Source of the DNA: Clostridia bacterium
GTDB lineage: Bacteria > Bacillota > Clostridia > Oscillospirales > CAG-272
Length of the DNA: 56,295 nucleotides
Assembly: GCA_017938425.1 (NCBI GenBank)
Contig: JAGBBQ010000086.1
Coordinates: 1 to 56,295, forward strand
Reading direction: 5' to 3'
In this document: one piece after another, positions 1 through 7,957 of the stretch
Numbering within the stretch: position 1 is the first letter of the stretch
How the letters are laid out: each line of letters opens with the position of its first letter
Notes under the pieces: model-generated
What the model was told of the DNA's origin: nothing
The model's database searches: none
The model's input: only the letters and a program-made list of their open reading frames with translations
Made by a program: the position numbers and the translations under genes

Positions 1-384
1 CGATGAGGAGAAATTTTAAAAGACAAGGCGTAAGGGCGCGAGCAAGTCGAAGCCGTATTCTCATACGGCGAGCCGCGCGAGTCCACCGTCAACGCAGTAT
101 TTTGAATTTTATCCCATCGAGCTCGCCTCGATGAGGAAAAAATTTAAAAGACAAGGCGTAAGGGCGCGAGTAAGTCGAAGCCGTATTTGCATACGGCGAG
201 CCGCGCGAGGCGACCGACAACGCAGTATTTTGAATTTTATCCCTTCGGGCTCGCCTCGATGAGGAGAAATTTTAAAAGACAAGGCGTAAGGGCGCGAGTA
301 AGTCGAAGCCGTATTCTCATACGGCGAGCCGCGCGAGTCGACCGACAACGCAGTATTTTGAAATTTATCCCATCGAGGGTCTGA
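1..384. repeat. Tandem array of a 128-bp unit with 3 copies (1-128, 129-256, 257-~384). It is truncated by the window edge and may continue upstream.
   Basis: The unit-start motif cgatgagga recurs at 1, 129 and 257. Copies differ by only a few substitutions. Each carries the hairpin gccgtat-NNNN-atacggc (e.g. 52-69) and catcgag-ctcgc-ctcgatg across the unit junction. The last copy abuts or overlaps the stop codon (365-367) of the minus-strand CDS. Confidence 0.9.
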
Positions 385-2896
385 GAATGGCGTAGTAGTT
401 GCCAACCGACATCATGCGGGAAAGCCTTACGGTGGCGGAATAAACGTCTGACGTCAAAGCGTCGGTGGAGAGATTGATCAGGGTATCGGAGCCAACGTAC
501 ATATAGACGCGCTCGCTTGACGAGAACTTCGCGACGACGATATCGCCGATATTGAGAGCCTGGGTGCGGGGGAGGCGGCTGCGATCGGTATTCGGCTTCA
601 CGGTTTCACCGTAGCGCTCGGGGGTATAGAAACGGAGACCGCCGTACATCGTGGGAACGATCATCGAGTAATACTCACTCTCGGTGTTCAGCTCATAGCG
701 CGTTTTTACAAGATCGTAGATCACGGGGGTGAAGAGAGAGGTATAGACGCTCTCATCGGAGAAGGGAGACTCAAGGCCTGCCTCGGCGTAGATCGCGTTG
801 GCGAGCTCAAAATTCACATAGCCGTAGGGATTGGCGCTCTTGAATTTTTCCACGGCGGTGAGGATCGCGCTCTGCTCCTGCTCCGTAAGGGTATTTGCGA
901 TCGTGATCCTCGGGCAGGTGTGGAGCACGCCGCCGACCGTGGAGCGCGTGCTGTAGACGGCCTCGCCGTTCTTTCCGCTCACGGTCACGCTATAGGAAAG
1001 CTCCTTCGTCGCACCGGGAGCGACGGTGACCGAGGCGGTCAGCTTATTTCCGCTTTCGGTGAAGCTTCCCTTGGAAAGGAGCGTTGCACCGACGGGAAGC
1101 GTTTCCTCGACGGCAAGCGTTTTCTCGGTCTTGCCAAGGTTCTTGATCACGAAGGTGAAGGTCACCGTATCACCGACACTCGCCGTTTGTCCCTCGGGAT
1201 GCGAGGAAAGCTTTTCGGAATAGATGTCTGCAAGATCTTCCATACGGTGAAGCGTATTCTCGGGGATCTCCATCTTCTCGCTCACAAAGGCATCGAGCGG
1301 ACGGACGATGGAAAGCGAGGTCACATAGCCGTCGCCCTTGAACACATAGTTCGCGGCATCGGGATTAAAGAGGTAGCCGAGGATATTCATATAGCGGACG
1401 GTCGGCTCATAGGTCTCCGAATCCACGCTGTAATTATAGGAAGCGCCGCTCGAATGGATCAGAACGCCGTTTCCGATATAGAGCATTACGTGACCGTTTC
1501 CGTTGTTACGGCGGATCACAACGAGATCTCCGACCGCAAGCGTTTCAAGGAAGAGCGCCTTCTCGGCATCCATATCGGCATCGCTCATATTGGCATAGGG
1601 ACGGAAGAAATAGGGATATTCGGGCGCACCGACGGTGCCGCCGTTTACATAATAGGAAGCGAGATTCTGCGTGGTATAGCGGTAGCCGAGATCGAGGCCA
1701 AGGGCGTTGCGGTAACACTCATAGGTGAAGGCGGCACAGTTCAGATAGCCCCACTTCTGCGAGGTATAATCCTCGGGACGGTACTGTCCGATCTGCCAGC
1801 GGTATTCGCCGCGATAGTTTCCGCTCAGCGAATGGGGCATTCTCGAATCGTCATACTGCGCACGGTAGCCGCGCTGCAGATACGCCTTTGCAGTTGCGAT
1901 CAAGGCCTTTTGCGGCTCGGTGAGAGAAAGGGGGGCTTCCTCCATTGCATACGTGAGCGTTGCAAGCTGCATCGAGGGGCGAAGAACGGCGTAGGCTTCT
2001 GCGTTTTTTATATCGGCGATCACGGCATTCTTATTCGCTACCGCGCATCCGTTCATTACTGAAATGAGGTCGATTCCGTCATAAATGTAAACCTTTGCTT
2101 GCGTTTCGCCACCAACAAGGAGGATATCGCCGATCACGAGATCACAGATCCTCGGCAATACGCTTTCGCCCATAAGCGTTGCTTTTACCGCATCCGACGA
2201 AAGGCTGCCGCCGAAGAGCGAGGGGGCAACGAGGGCGCGGATATTCCCGATATCGGTCTCGGTGCCTGCCACGCGGTCAGACACCGCGAGCATCAGGATC
2301 TGCTCCACGGAGAGCGCCTCCGAGAGCTTCGGCGCCTCGGAGAAGGCAACGAGATACATATCGCGAAGAAGCTTGACGGCAGAGATATTCTCGCTGTACA
2401 TCAGTGCGAGGATCGCATCCTTCATACGGCTCCGCTCCGAGCCCTGCAGGGTGCGCGCCACGATATTCTCGCAGGCATTCGTCTGCTTCTCACCGATAAC
2501 GGCGGCGGCAGACGAAACCTTCATTCCGTTCTTATAAGCCGCGCCGAGGCGGACGGTATAAGAAACCGTGACGGTCTCTCTCGCCTTCACGGTGACCTTA
2601 GCGGAGAGCGCAGTACCCTCCGCGGTAAAATCGCCGCCGACCAGCACCGTGTTTTCGGGAAGCGTATCCTTGATAAGAAGGCGCGCGCGCTTACCCGCGT
2701 TGCTCGTGATCTTCACCGTATAGGTGATCTCCCCGCCCTCCGAAACGGTCATTGCCGGGGAGGCGTACTTTTCAAATTCCATTTTTTCCAGCATTTTCGG
2801 TGCATTCTCCTTTGGAAGAAAAACAATGAGGCAGACAACGCCCGCAACCAAAAGCGCGGCCGCAGCGGCGATGACGATCTTTATATATGCTTTCAT
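365..2896 (-). CDS. Membrane-anchored large protein with DUF11-like repeat domains and an NlpC/P60-like (papain-fold) cysteine peptidase/amidase domain
   Basis: 843-aa ORF with an N-terminal TM anchor (IVIAAAAALLVAGVVCLIVFL). There are two Ig-like repeat segments (GGEITYTVKITSN...VTVSYTVRL and GDTVTFTFVIKNLG...ELSYSVTV). A Cys...His pair sits in NlpC/P60-like context (WGYLNCAAFTYECY ... GNGHVMLYIGNG). On the minus strand, RBS aaggaga lies upstream of the ATG. Confidence 0.7.
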   Translation of the reverse strand: MKAYIKIVIAAAAALLVAGVVCLIVFLPKENAPKMLEKMEFEKYASPAMTVSEGGEITYTVKITSNAGKRARLLIKDTLPENTVLVGGDFTAEGTALSAKVTVKARETVTVSYTVRLGAAYKNGMKVSSAAAVIGEKQTNACENIVARTLQGSERSRMKDAILALMYSENISAVKLLRDMYLVAFSEAPKLSEALSVEQILMLAVSDRVAGTETDIGNIRALVAPSLFGGSLSSDAVKATLMGESVLPRICDLVIGDILLVGGETQAKVYIYDGIDLISVMNGCAVANKNAVIADIKNAEAYAVLRPSMQLATLTYAMEEAPLSLTEPQKALIATAKAYLQRGYRAQYDDSRMPHSLSGNYRGEYRWQIGQYRPEDYTSQKWGYLNCAAFTYECYRNALGLDLGYRYTTQNLASYYVNGGTVGAPEYPYFFRPYANMSDADMDAEKALFLETLAVGDLVVIRRNNGNGHVMLYIGNGVLIHSSGASYNYSVDSETYEPTVRYMNILGYLFNPDAANYVFKGDGYVTSLSIVRPLDAFVSEKMEIPENTLHRMEDLADIYSEKLSSHPEGQTASVGDTVTFTFVIKNLGKTEKTLAVEETLPVGATLLSKGSFTESGNKLTASVTVAPGATKELSYSVTVSGKNGEAVYSTRSTVGGVLHTCPRITIANTLTEQEQSAILTAVEKFKSANPYGYVNFELANAIYAEAGLESPFSDESVYTSLFTPVIYDLVKTRYELNTESEYYSMIVPTMYGGLRFYTPERYGETVKPNTDRSRLPRTQALNIGDIVVAKFSSSERVYMYVGSDTLINLSTDALTSDVYSATVRLSRMMSVGNYYAILRPSMG

Positions 2897-2929
2897 ATCG
2901 TTTCTCCTTACATTTGCCTTACGTTATTC

Positions 2930-2935
2930 ATTATA
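2930..2935 (-). promoter_or_regulatory. Candidate extended -10 (TGcTATAAT on the minus strand) for the 843-aa gene
   Basis: The minus strand reads ...ttttttctttgcTATAATgaataacgtaaggcaaatgtaaggagaaacgatATG. No good -35 was identified. Confidence 0.4.
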
Positions 2936-2988
2936 GCAAAGAAAAAAGGCGTTTTCTTGCCATTTTCATTTTATTTGATGCCATTTTT

Positions 2989-3828
2989 TTACTTCTTCGC
3001 TTTTCTTCCGCAGGCAAGAAGGAAAAGGGAGAGCAAAAGCAACGCCGTGAGCAAGGGGGATGCCTCCATACCGAAGCCGCCGCCCGTGAGAAGCGGAATG
3101 CGGCTTTCGAGCACAAAGAGCGAGAGGCTCGGCGCATTTCCGCTCACCTCCACGCCGACAAGACTCAAAGAAAAATTCCAGCCCGCGTGAAAAAGGCAGG
3201 CGGGAAGCAGGCTTTTCGTTTGCTGCGTGAGGGCGGCAAACAAAAGACCGAAGAGAAAAATATTCACAAGGCCGAGCAGCGAGAGCGCGGGATTGAAAAT
3301 ATGCATCAGGGAAAAGAACGCGGCGCTGATGAGAGCCGATGCGCGCCCTCCGTAACGTGCCGACAGAGAGGACATCAGCAGACCGCGGCAGAGCAGCTCC
3401 TCTGCACTTCCCTGCACAAGATAGCCAAGGAAAAGAAGCAAAAGATACGGCAGCGGTGCCGCATTCACGCCTGCAAAGGCGTATGCGCCGACAAGGAGGA
3501 GAGCCCCCATTAAGAGAAAAAGAAACAGTGCGCTTAAAGGAAGGAACAAAAGCTGACGCGCACGAAAGTGCGCCCCCGAAAGGTACAACGCATCCCGCGC
3601 GCCCCTCGCGTCCAGACGCAAAAAAACGAGAACGGGGAGCAGCACCGCCGCCGTCCCAAAAAGAGAGAGGACGGAGGAAAGCGCGGGCGGCGCCGGGATC
3701 AGCAAAAGAAGCGCGGGCGCCGAGGCAAGACAAAGGTAGGAAAGAAAGGCCGCGATCAGCAGCTCGGCAAGACCGAGGCGTGAGGGCCGGTCGGCTTTCC
3801 GATCGGGAAACAGACGGCAAAGGATCAA
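2989..3828 (-). CDS. CPBP family intramembrane glutamic endopeptidase (CAAX protease-like)
   Basis: Multi-TM ORF with the CPBP motifs SAEELLCRG (EExxxR), FFSLMH (FxxxH) and HAGWN (HxxxN). The TTG start overlaps the TetR stop (TTGA), so the exact start is uncertain. Confidence 0.8.
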   Translation of the reverse strand: MILCRLFPDRKADRPSRLGLAELLIAAFLSYLCLASAPALLLLIPAPPALSSVLSLFGTAAVLLPVLVFLRLDARGARDALYLSGAHFRARQLLFLPLSALFLFLLMGALLLVGAYAFAGVNAAPLPYLLLLFLGYLVQGSAEELLCRGLLMSSLSARYGGRASALISAAFFSLMHIFNPALSLLGLVNIFLFGLLFAALTQQTKSLLPACLFHAGWNFSLSLVGVEVSGNAPSLSLFVLESRIPLLTGGGFGMEASPLLTALLLLSLFLLACGRKAKK

Positions 3829-4382
3829 AGCAGCGCCTCCCCGATCTTTTCCGAAACACGGTCAAGCGTTGCCTTATCCGTGGGAAGCTCGCCGCGCAGC
3901 ATCAGAAACACGCTGCCGTAAACGAGCGTCAGAAGCGTGGTGCGCAGGTCGGAAACGTACGCCTCTCCCTCGCCGCGCAGAGCGGCAAGCGCACGCAGGG
4001 ACTCGCACAGCTTCGCGCCGAAGCCGAGAACGTCCGCGTGGTCCGAGAGAAACAGAACGCTGCGGAAATTCGGATTGCCGATCCAAAAGCGCATATAGGC
4101 GACGCAAAGCGCACGCACGCGCGCGTCGAGCGCGGGCACAGCGCTCTCGATCGTATGACACATCAGGAGCCATTGCTCCTTTATATAAGATATGATGGCT
4201 TCGATCAGCGCCTCTCGGCTTTTGAAATGCCGATAGGGTGCCGCACAGGAGACCTCCGCCGAGACAGCCACGCGCCTGAGAGAAAAATCCACCGCTCCGT
4301 GTGCCTCCAGCTCCTTCAAGCCCGCAAGGATCAAGCGCTTTTTCACGCTCTCCTCGATATAAATATCCTCCATATCGCACAT
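3825..4382 (-). CDS. TetR/AcrR family transcriptional regulator
   Basis: N-terminal TetR HTH signature (ILAGLKELEAHGAVDFSLRRVAVSAEVSCAAPYRHFKSREALI), 185 aa. Translationally coupled to the downstream CPBP gene. Confidence 0.9.
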   Translation of the reverse strand: MCDMEDIYIEESVKKRLILAGLKELEAHGAVDFSLRRVAVSAEVSCAAPYRHFKSREALIEAIISYIKEQWLLMCHTIESAVPALDARVRALCVAYMRFWIGNPNFRSVLFLSDHADVLGFGAKLCESLRALAALRGEGEAYVSDLRTTLLTLVYGSVFLMLRGELPTDKATLDRVSEKIGEALL

Positions 4383-4399
4383 CCTTTTTCAAGTTTTTT

Positions 4400-4414
4400 G
4401 TAAACAGTGTTTAC
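4400..4414. promoter_or_regulatory. Perfect 7-1-7 palindrome GTAAACA-g-TGTTTAC, a candidate TetR operator (site 1)
   Basis: Lies 18 nt upstream of the tetR start codon. It has the same half-site family as the palindrome at 4533-4547. Confidence 0.6.
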
Positions 4415-4493
4415 ATAGGTACTCACATTGTAGCATATTTTTTTCCATTTTACAATAATATTCTAAAAAATTATAATTATTTCCTTAAAATAC

Positions 4494-4521
4494 TTGACAT
4501 TTGAAAAAAATTTGCTATAAT
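4494..4521 (+). promoter_or_regulatory. Sigma-A type promoter of the aromatic amino-acid operon
   Basis: TTGACA (4494-4499), 16-nt spacer, TGc-TATAAT (4516-4521); consensus hexamers with an extended -10. Confidence 0.8.
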
Positions 4522-4532
4522 ATATACATCAA

Positions 4533-4547
4533 GTTAACACTGTTAAC
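4533..4547. promoter_or_regulatory. Perfect 7-1-7 palindrome GTTAACA-c-TGTTAAC, a candidate TetR operator (site 2)
   Basis: Located between the -10 box (4516-4521) and the aminotransferase start (4572), in a repressor roadblock position. Confidence 0.6.
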
Positions 4548-4571
4548 ATATAAAGACGAGAGGTATTGTCC

Positions 4572-5756
4572 ATGAACGAGAGAATGCGCGGTCTCGGCGC
4601 GAAGAAATCCATCATCCGAGAGCTTTTTGAATATGCGAAGACGGTGCGTGCCGAAAAGGGCGCAGACAGCGTTTTTGACTTTACCATCGGCAATCCCTCC
4701 GTAGGCGCGCCGCAGGCGGTGGCAGATGCGATGAAGCATCTGATCGATACCGTGCCCCCCGAGGTGCTGCACGGCTACACCTCCGCGCAGGGCGATCCCG
4801 CCGTTCGCGAGGCGATCGCATCCTATATCCGCGATACCTTTCACGCCCCTGCACAGGCGGACCGCATCTATATGACCGTCGGTGCGGCGGCGGCACTCTC
4901 CATCTGCTTCGCTGCGATCCTGAATCCCGGCGATGAGGTGATCGTGCCCGCGCCCTACTTCCCCGAATACAAGGTGTTCGTTGAGACTGCGGGCGGCGTG
5001 CTTCGCCCCATCCTCTCCCTTCCGGGCTCGATGAAGCCCGATATTGCCGCGATCGGCGCGGCGATCAACGAGAGGACGAGGATCCTCCTGATCAACTCCC
5101 CGAACAACCCGAGCGGCGCCGTGATCGACAGCGAAAGCCTCACCGCGCTCTGTGCCCTGCTTGCCGAAAAGAGCCGCGAATTCGGACATACGATCTACCT
5201 CGTCGGCGACGAGCCCTACCGCGAGCTCGCTTATGACGGCGTGGAGGTCCCCTACCTTACGAATTATTATAAGAACACGCTCGTTTGCTACTCCTTCAGC
5301 AAATCGCTCTCCCTTGCGGGCGAGAGGATCGGCTACGTGCTGCTGCACCCCGAATGCGAAAACGCATCCGATATGTACGCCGCGATCTGCGGCGCGGGCA
5401 GAGCGCTCGGCTACGTCTGCGCCCCCTCGATGCTCCAGCTTATGATCCCCTACTGCCTCGGCAAGACGAGCGATATTTCGATCTACGCGAAAAACAGGCA
5501 GATGCTCTACGAGGGACTTACCTCCTTCGGCTACGAATGCGTAAAGCCCGAGGGTGCCTTCTACCTCTTCCTAAAATCTCCCGAAAGCGACGCTTATGCC
5601 TTCCTTGAAAGAGGCAAGGCGCACGGCCTGCTCTTCGTTCCCGGTGACGATTTCGGCTATCCCGGCTACGTCAGGATCGCCTATTGCGTGCAGAACGAGA
5701 CCATCGCAAAAGCGCTTCCGCGCTTCGAGGCACTCGCAAAAGAATACAATTTGTAA
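4572..5756 (+). CDS. Pyridoxal-phosphate-dependent aminotransferase, class I (aspartate/aromatic aminotransferase-like)
   Basis: Motifs INSPNNPSG and the PLP-lysine context YSFSKSLSLAGERIGY. ATG at 4572 lies 8 nt after RBS gagagg; the track's TTG at 4566 is too close to the RBS. Confidence 0.9.
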   Translation: MNERMRGLGAKKSIIRELFEYAKTVRAEKGADSVFDFTIGNPSVGAPQAVADAMKHLIDTVPPEVLHGYTSAQGDPAVREAIASYIRDTFHAPAQADRIYMTVGAAAALSICFAAILNPGDEVIVPAPYFPEYKVFVETAGGVLRPILSLPGSMKPDIAAIGAAINERTRILLINSPNNPSGAVIDSESLTALCALLAEKSREFGHTIYLVGDEPYRELAYDGVEVPYLTNYYKNTLVCYSFSKSLSLAGERIGYVLLHPECENASDMYAAICGAGRALGYVCAPSMLQLMIPYCLGKTSDISIYAKNRQMLYEGLTSFGYECVKPEGAFYLFLKSPESDAYAFLERGKAHGLLFVPGDDFGYPGYVRIAYCVQNETIAKALPRFEALAKEYNL

Positions 5757-5786
5757 ACTATACTTTGAATTATAGAGGATCTTCTT

Positions 5787-6878
5787 ATGAATCTTTTGGA
5801 TGAAGCAAGAATAGAGATCAATGCCGTTGACAGAGAGATGGCCGAGCTTTTCGAGAAGAGAATGCGTGCGAGCGAGAAGGTCGCGGCCTATAAAAAGGAC
5901 AACGGGCTCCCGATCCTTGACCCGGCGCGCGAGGCGGCGGTGATCGAGAAAGGCGCCTCCTATATTAAGGACGAGACCCTGCGGGAATATTACGTACAGT
6001 TTTTAAAGAGCACGATGAAGATCTCGCGCGACTACCAGGGCAGGCTGCTTGACGGGATGCGCGTCGCCTACTGCGGCACCGAGGGCGCCTTTGCCCACAT
6101 TGCGAGCCGCAAGCTCTTCCCCGACGCGACGAAGATCGCTTATTCCAACTTCGAGGCGGCCTACGATGCCGTGGAAAACGGTCAATGCGATGCCTGCGTG
6201 CTCCCCGTGGAGAACAGCTCCAACGGCGAGGTCGGCTCGGTGACGGATATGCTCTTCTCGGGCTCGCTCTACGTGAACGGAATGATCGAGCTCGCGGTCT
6301 CCCAGGACCTTCTGGTGCTGCCCGGCACAACGGCGGCTGACATCAAGACCGTGATCAGCCATCCGCAGGCGCTCGGCCAATGCGCCGACTATATCACGCA
6401 GCGCGGCTACGCGACCAAGGAATTTTCCAACACGGCGCTCGCCGCCAAATGGGTGGCAGAGAGCGGCGACCGCTCCTGCGCGGCGATCGCCAGCGCCGAG
6501 GCGGCACAGATCTTCGGCCTCTCGGTGCTGGAAACGAACATCAACGGAGCGCGCAACAATACAACGAAGTTCGTCGTGCTTTCGCGCGCCTCCCACTCGC
6601 ATAAGAGCTCGGAGATGGGGCTGCATTCCATTCTGACCTTCACCGTACGCAACGAGGCGGGCGCACTCGCCAAGGCGATCGAGGTCATCGGCCGCCACGG
6701 CTTTAATATGAGAACGCTCCGAAGCCGCCCGATGCGCAAGCTTCTGTGGCAATATTACTTCTACGTGGAGGCGGAGGGCAACATTGACTCCCCCGAGGGC
6801 GAGAGGATGCTGACCGAGCTGAACGCCTACTGCGACCGCCTCAGAGTGGTCGGCACTTACGTTAAAAACGATGCCTGA
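5787..6878 (+). CDS. pheA: Bifunctional chorismate mutase / prephenate dehydratase
   Basis: N-terminal chorismate mutase helix (LDEARIEINAVDREMAELFEKRMRASEKVAAYK). PDT domain (VAYCGTEGAFAHIA ... VLPVENSSNGEV ... TKFVVL). C-terminal ACT-like region (SILFTVRNEAGALAKAIEVIGRHGFNM). Confidence 0.92.
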   Translation: MNLLDEARIEINAVDREMAELFEKRMRASEKVAAYKKDNGLPILDPAREAAVIEKGASYIKDETLREYYVQFLKSTMKISRDYQGRLLDGMRVAYCGTEGAFAHIASRKLFPDATKIAYSNFEAAYDAVENGQCDACVLPVENSSNGEVGSVTDMLFSGSLYVNGMIELAVSQDLLVLPGTTAADIKTVISHPQALGQCADYITQRGYATKEFSNTALAAKWVAESGDRSCAAIASAEAAQIFGLSVLETNINGARNNTTKFVVLSRASHSHKSSEMGLHSILTFTVRNEAGALAKAIEVIGRHGFNMRTLRSRPMRKLLWQYYFYVEAEGNIDSPEGERMLTELNAYCDRLRVVGTYVKNDA

Positions 6879-6889
6879 AGGAGGCTTTT

Positions 6890-7912
6890 ATGGATTTCAC
6901 ACTTAAGCACGCGCTCGGTTCTTACACCGTGCACTCCGCTTACGGCGGACTTCAAGAGATCGGTAAATACTTCAAGCTTGACAGACGCGTTCTGATCGTG
7001 ACCGACGCGGGCGTTCCGAGCGAATACGCAAGGACCGCGGCGGCGGCCTGCAAAGAGCCGCATATCGTTACCGTGCCGATGGGCGAGGAGAGCAAGAGCA
7101 TCGAGACGATGAAGATGCTTTGCGAAAAGATGCTCGCATACGGCTTTACGAGAAAGGACGCCGTGATCGGCATCGGCGGCGGCGTTGTCGGCGACCTTGC
7201 CTGCTTTGCCGCATCCGCTTATATGCGCGGCATTGATTTTTACAACGTACCCACGACCGTGCTTGCCGCCGTGGATTCCTCCGTGGGAGGCAAATGCGGC
7301 GTCAATCTCGCGGGCGTGAAAAACATCGTCGGCGCTTTTTATCAGCCGAAGGGCGTGCTTTTCGATGCCCGGCTTCTGCGGACCCTGCCGAAAAGGCAGA
7401 TCGCGGCAGGCCTTGCCGAGGCGATCAAGATGGCGGCAACCTTTGACGAATCGCTGTTTTCCCTCTTCGAGACCGAAGAGATCACCGAGAACCTTTACGA
7501 GCAGGTCATCTTCCGTGCCGCCTCACTCAAGGCGAGGATCGTGGAGGCGGACGAGCGCGAGGGCGGCATCCGCAAGTCCCTGAACTTCGGACATACCTAC
7601 GGGCACGCGATCGAGGCGGCGGGCGGTATGGCGCAGCTGCTGCACGGCGAGTGCGTGGCGCTCGGCATGCTTCCCTTCTGCTCGGATGCGGTCTACGAAA
7701 GGCTTTTCGGGGTGCTGAAGCGCTTCTCTCTTCCGACGGCGCTTCCCTTCGAGGCGCGCCTTGCGCTTCCCTATCTTTCTCACGATAAGAAATGGGGCGA
7801 GCGCGGCGTGGACGCCGTTTTCTGCGAGGCGATCGGAAGCTTTGAGATCCGCACGCTGACGAAGGACGCGCTTCTCGCTACCATCGAAGGCGCGCAGAAG
7901 CGATACCGCTAA
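6890..7912 (+). CDS. aroB: 3-dehydroquinate synthase
   Basis: IGGGVVGDLACFAASAYMRGIDFYNVPTTVLAAVDSSVGGKCGVN and metal-site HGHAIE/HGECVALG motifs. RBS aggagg. Confidence 0.93.
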   Translation: MDFTLKHALGSYTVHSAYGGLQEIGKYFKLDRRVLIVTDAGVPSEYARTAAAACKEPHIVTVPMGEESKSIETMKMLCEKMLAYGFTRKDAVIGIGGGVVGDLACFAASAYMRGIDFYNVPTTVLAAVDSSVGGKCGVNLAGVKNIVGAFYQPKGVLFDARLLRTLPKRQIAAGLAEAIKMAATFDESLFSLFETEEITENLYEQVIFRAASLKARIVEADEREGGIRKSLNFGHTYGHAIEAAGGMAQLLHGECVALGMLPFCSDAVYERLFGVLKRFSLPTALPFEARLALPYLSHDKKWGERGVDAVFCEAIGSFEIRTLTKDALLATIEGAQKRYR

Positions 7913-7957
7913 ATTCACTTTTTTTCGGTCGCCACGGGCGACGGAGAGGAGTTCAAT

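Noticed and set aside
3-384. Each 128-bp repeat unit carries an open 43-codon, extremely Arg-rich ORF (MRRNFKRQGVRAR.SRSRILIRRAAR...). Successive ORFs are linked by ATGA start/stop overlaps (ATG at 3, 131 and 259; TGA at 132-134 and 260-262).
   Set aside because: No Shine-Dalgarno sequence precedes any of the ATGs. The composition (Arg/Ser/Ile-rich, very basic) is what off-frame GC-rich DNA gives. Differences between copies are mostly non-synonymous, while the nucleotide-level hairpins are conserved. The ATGA linkage follows trivially from the repeated motif cgatgagg. The ORFs stay open in all three copies, so ribosome profiling or proteomics would be needed to exclude translation fully.
1-384. 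Whether either repeat array (1-384 or 23099-23805) is a CRISPR array.
   Set aside because: The units are contiguous with no unique spacers. Periods of 128 bp and about 280-317 bp are far from the CRISPR repeat+spacer periodicity. No cas genes are in the window.
2966-4403. Alternative ORFs 2966..3865 (-), 3339..4403 (+) and 3874..4392 (-), which overlap the CPBP and TetR genes.
   Set aside because: The CPBP frame shows the EExxxR/FxxxH/HxxxN motifs and the TetR frame shows a canonical HTH. The competitors are Arg/Pro-rich with no motifs.
4383-4571. A T-box leader, TRAP-binding (G/U)AG repeats or a leader-peptide attenuator in front of the aromatic operon.
   Set aside because: The transcribed leader is only about 50 nt. 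It has no specifier or T-box sequence, no triplet repeats and no terminator hairpin. The palindromic operator explanation fits better.
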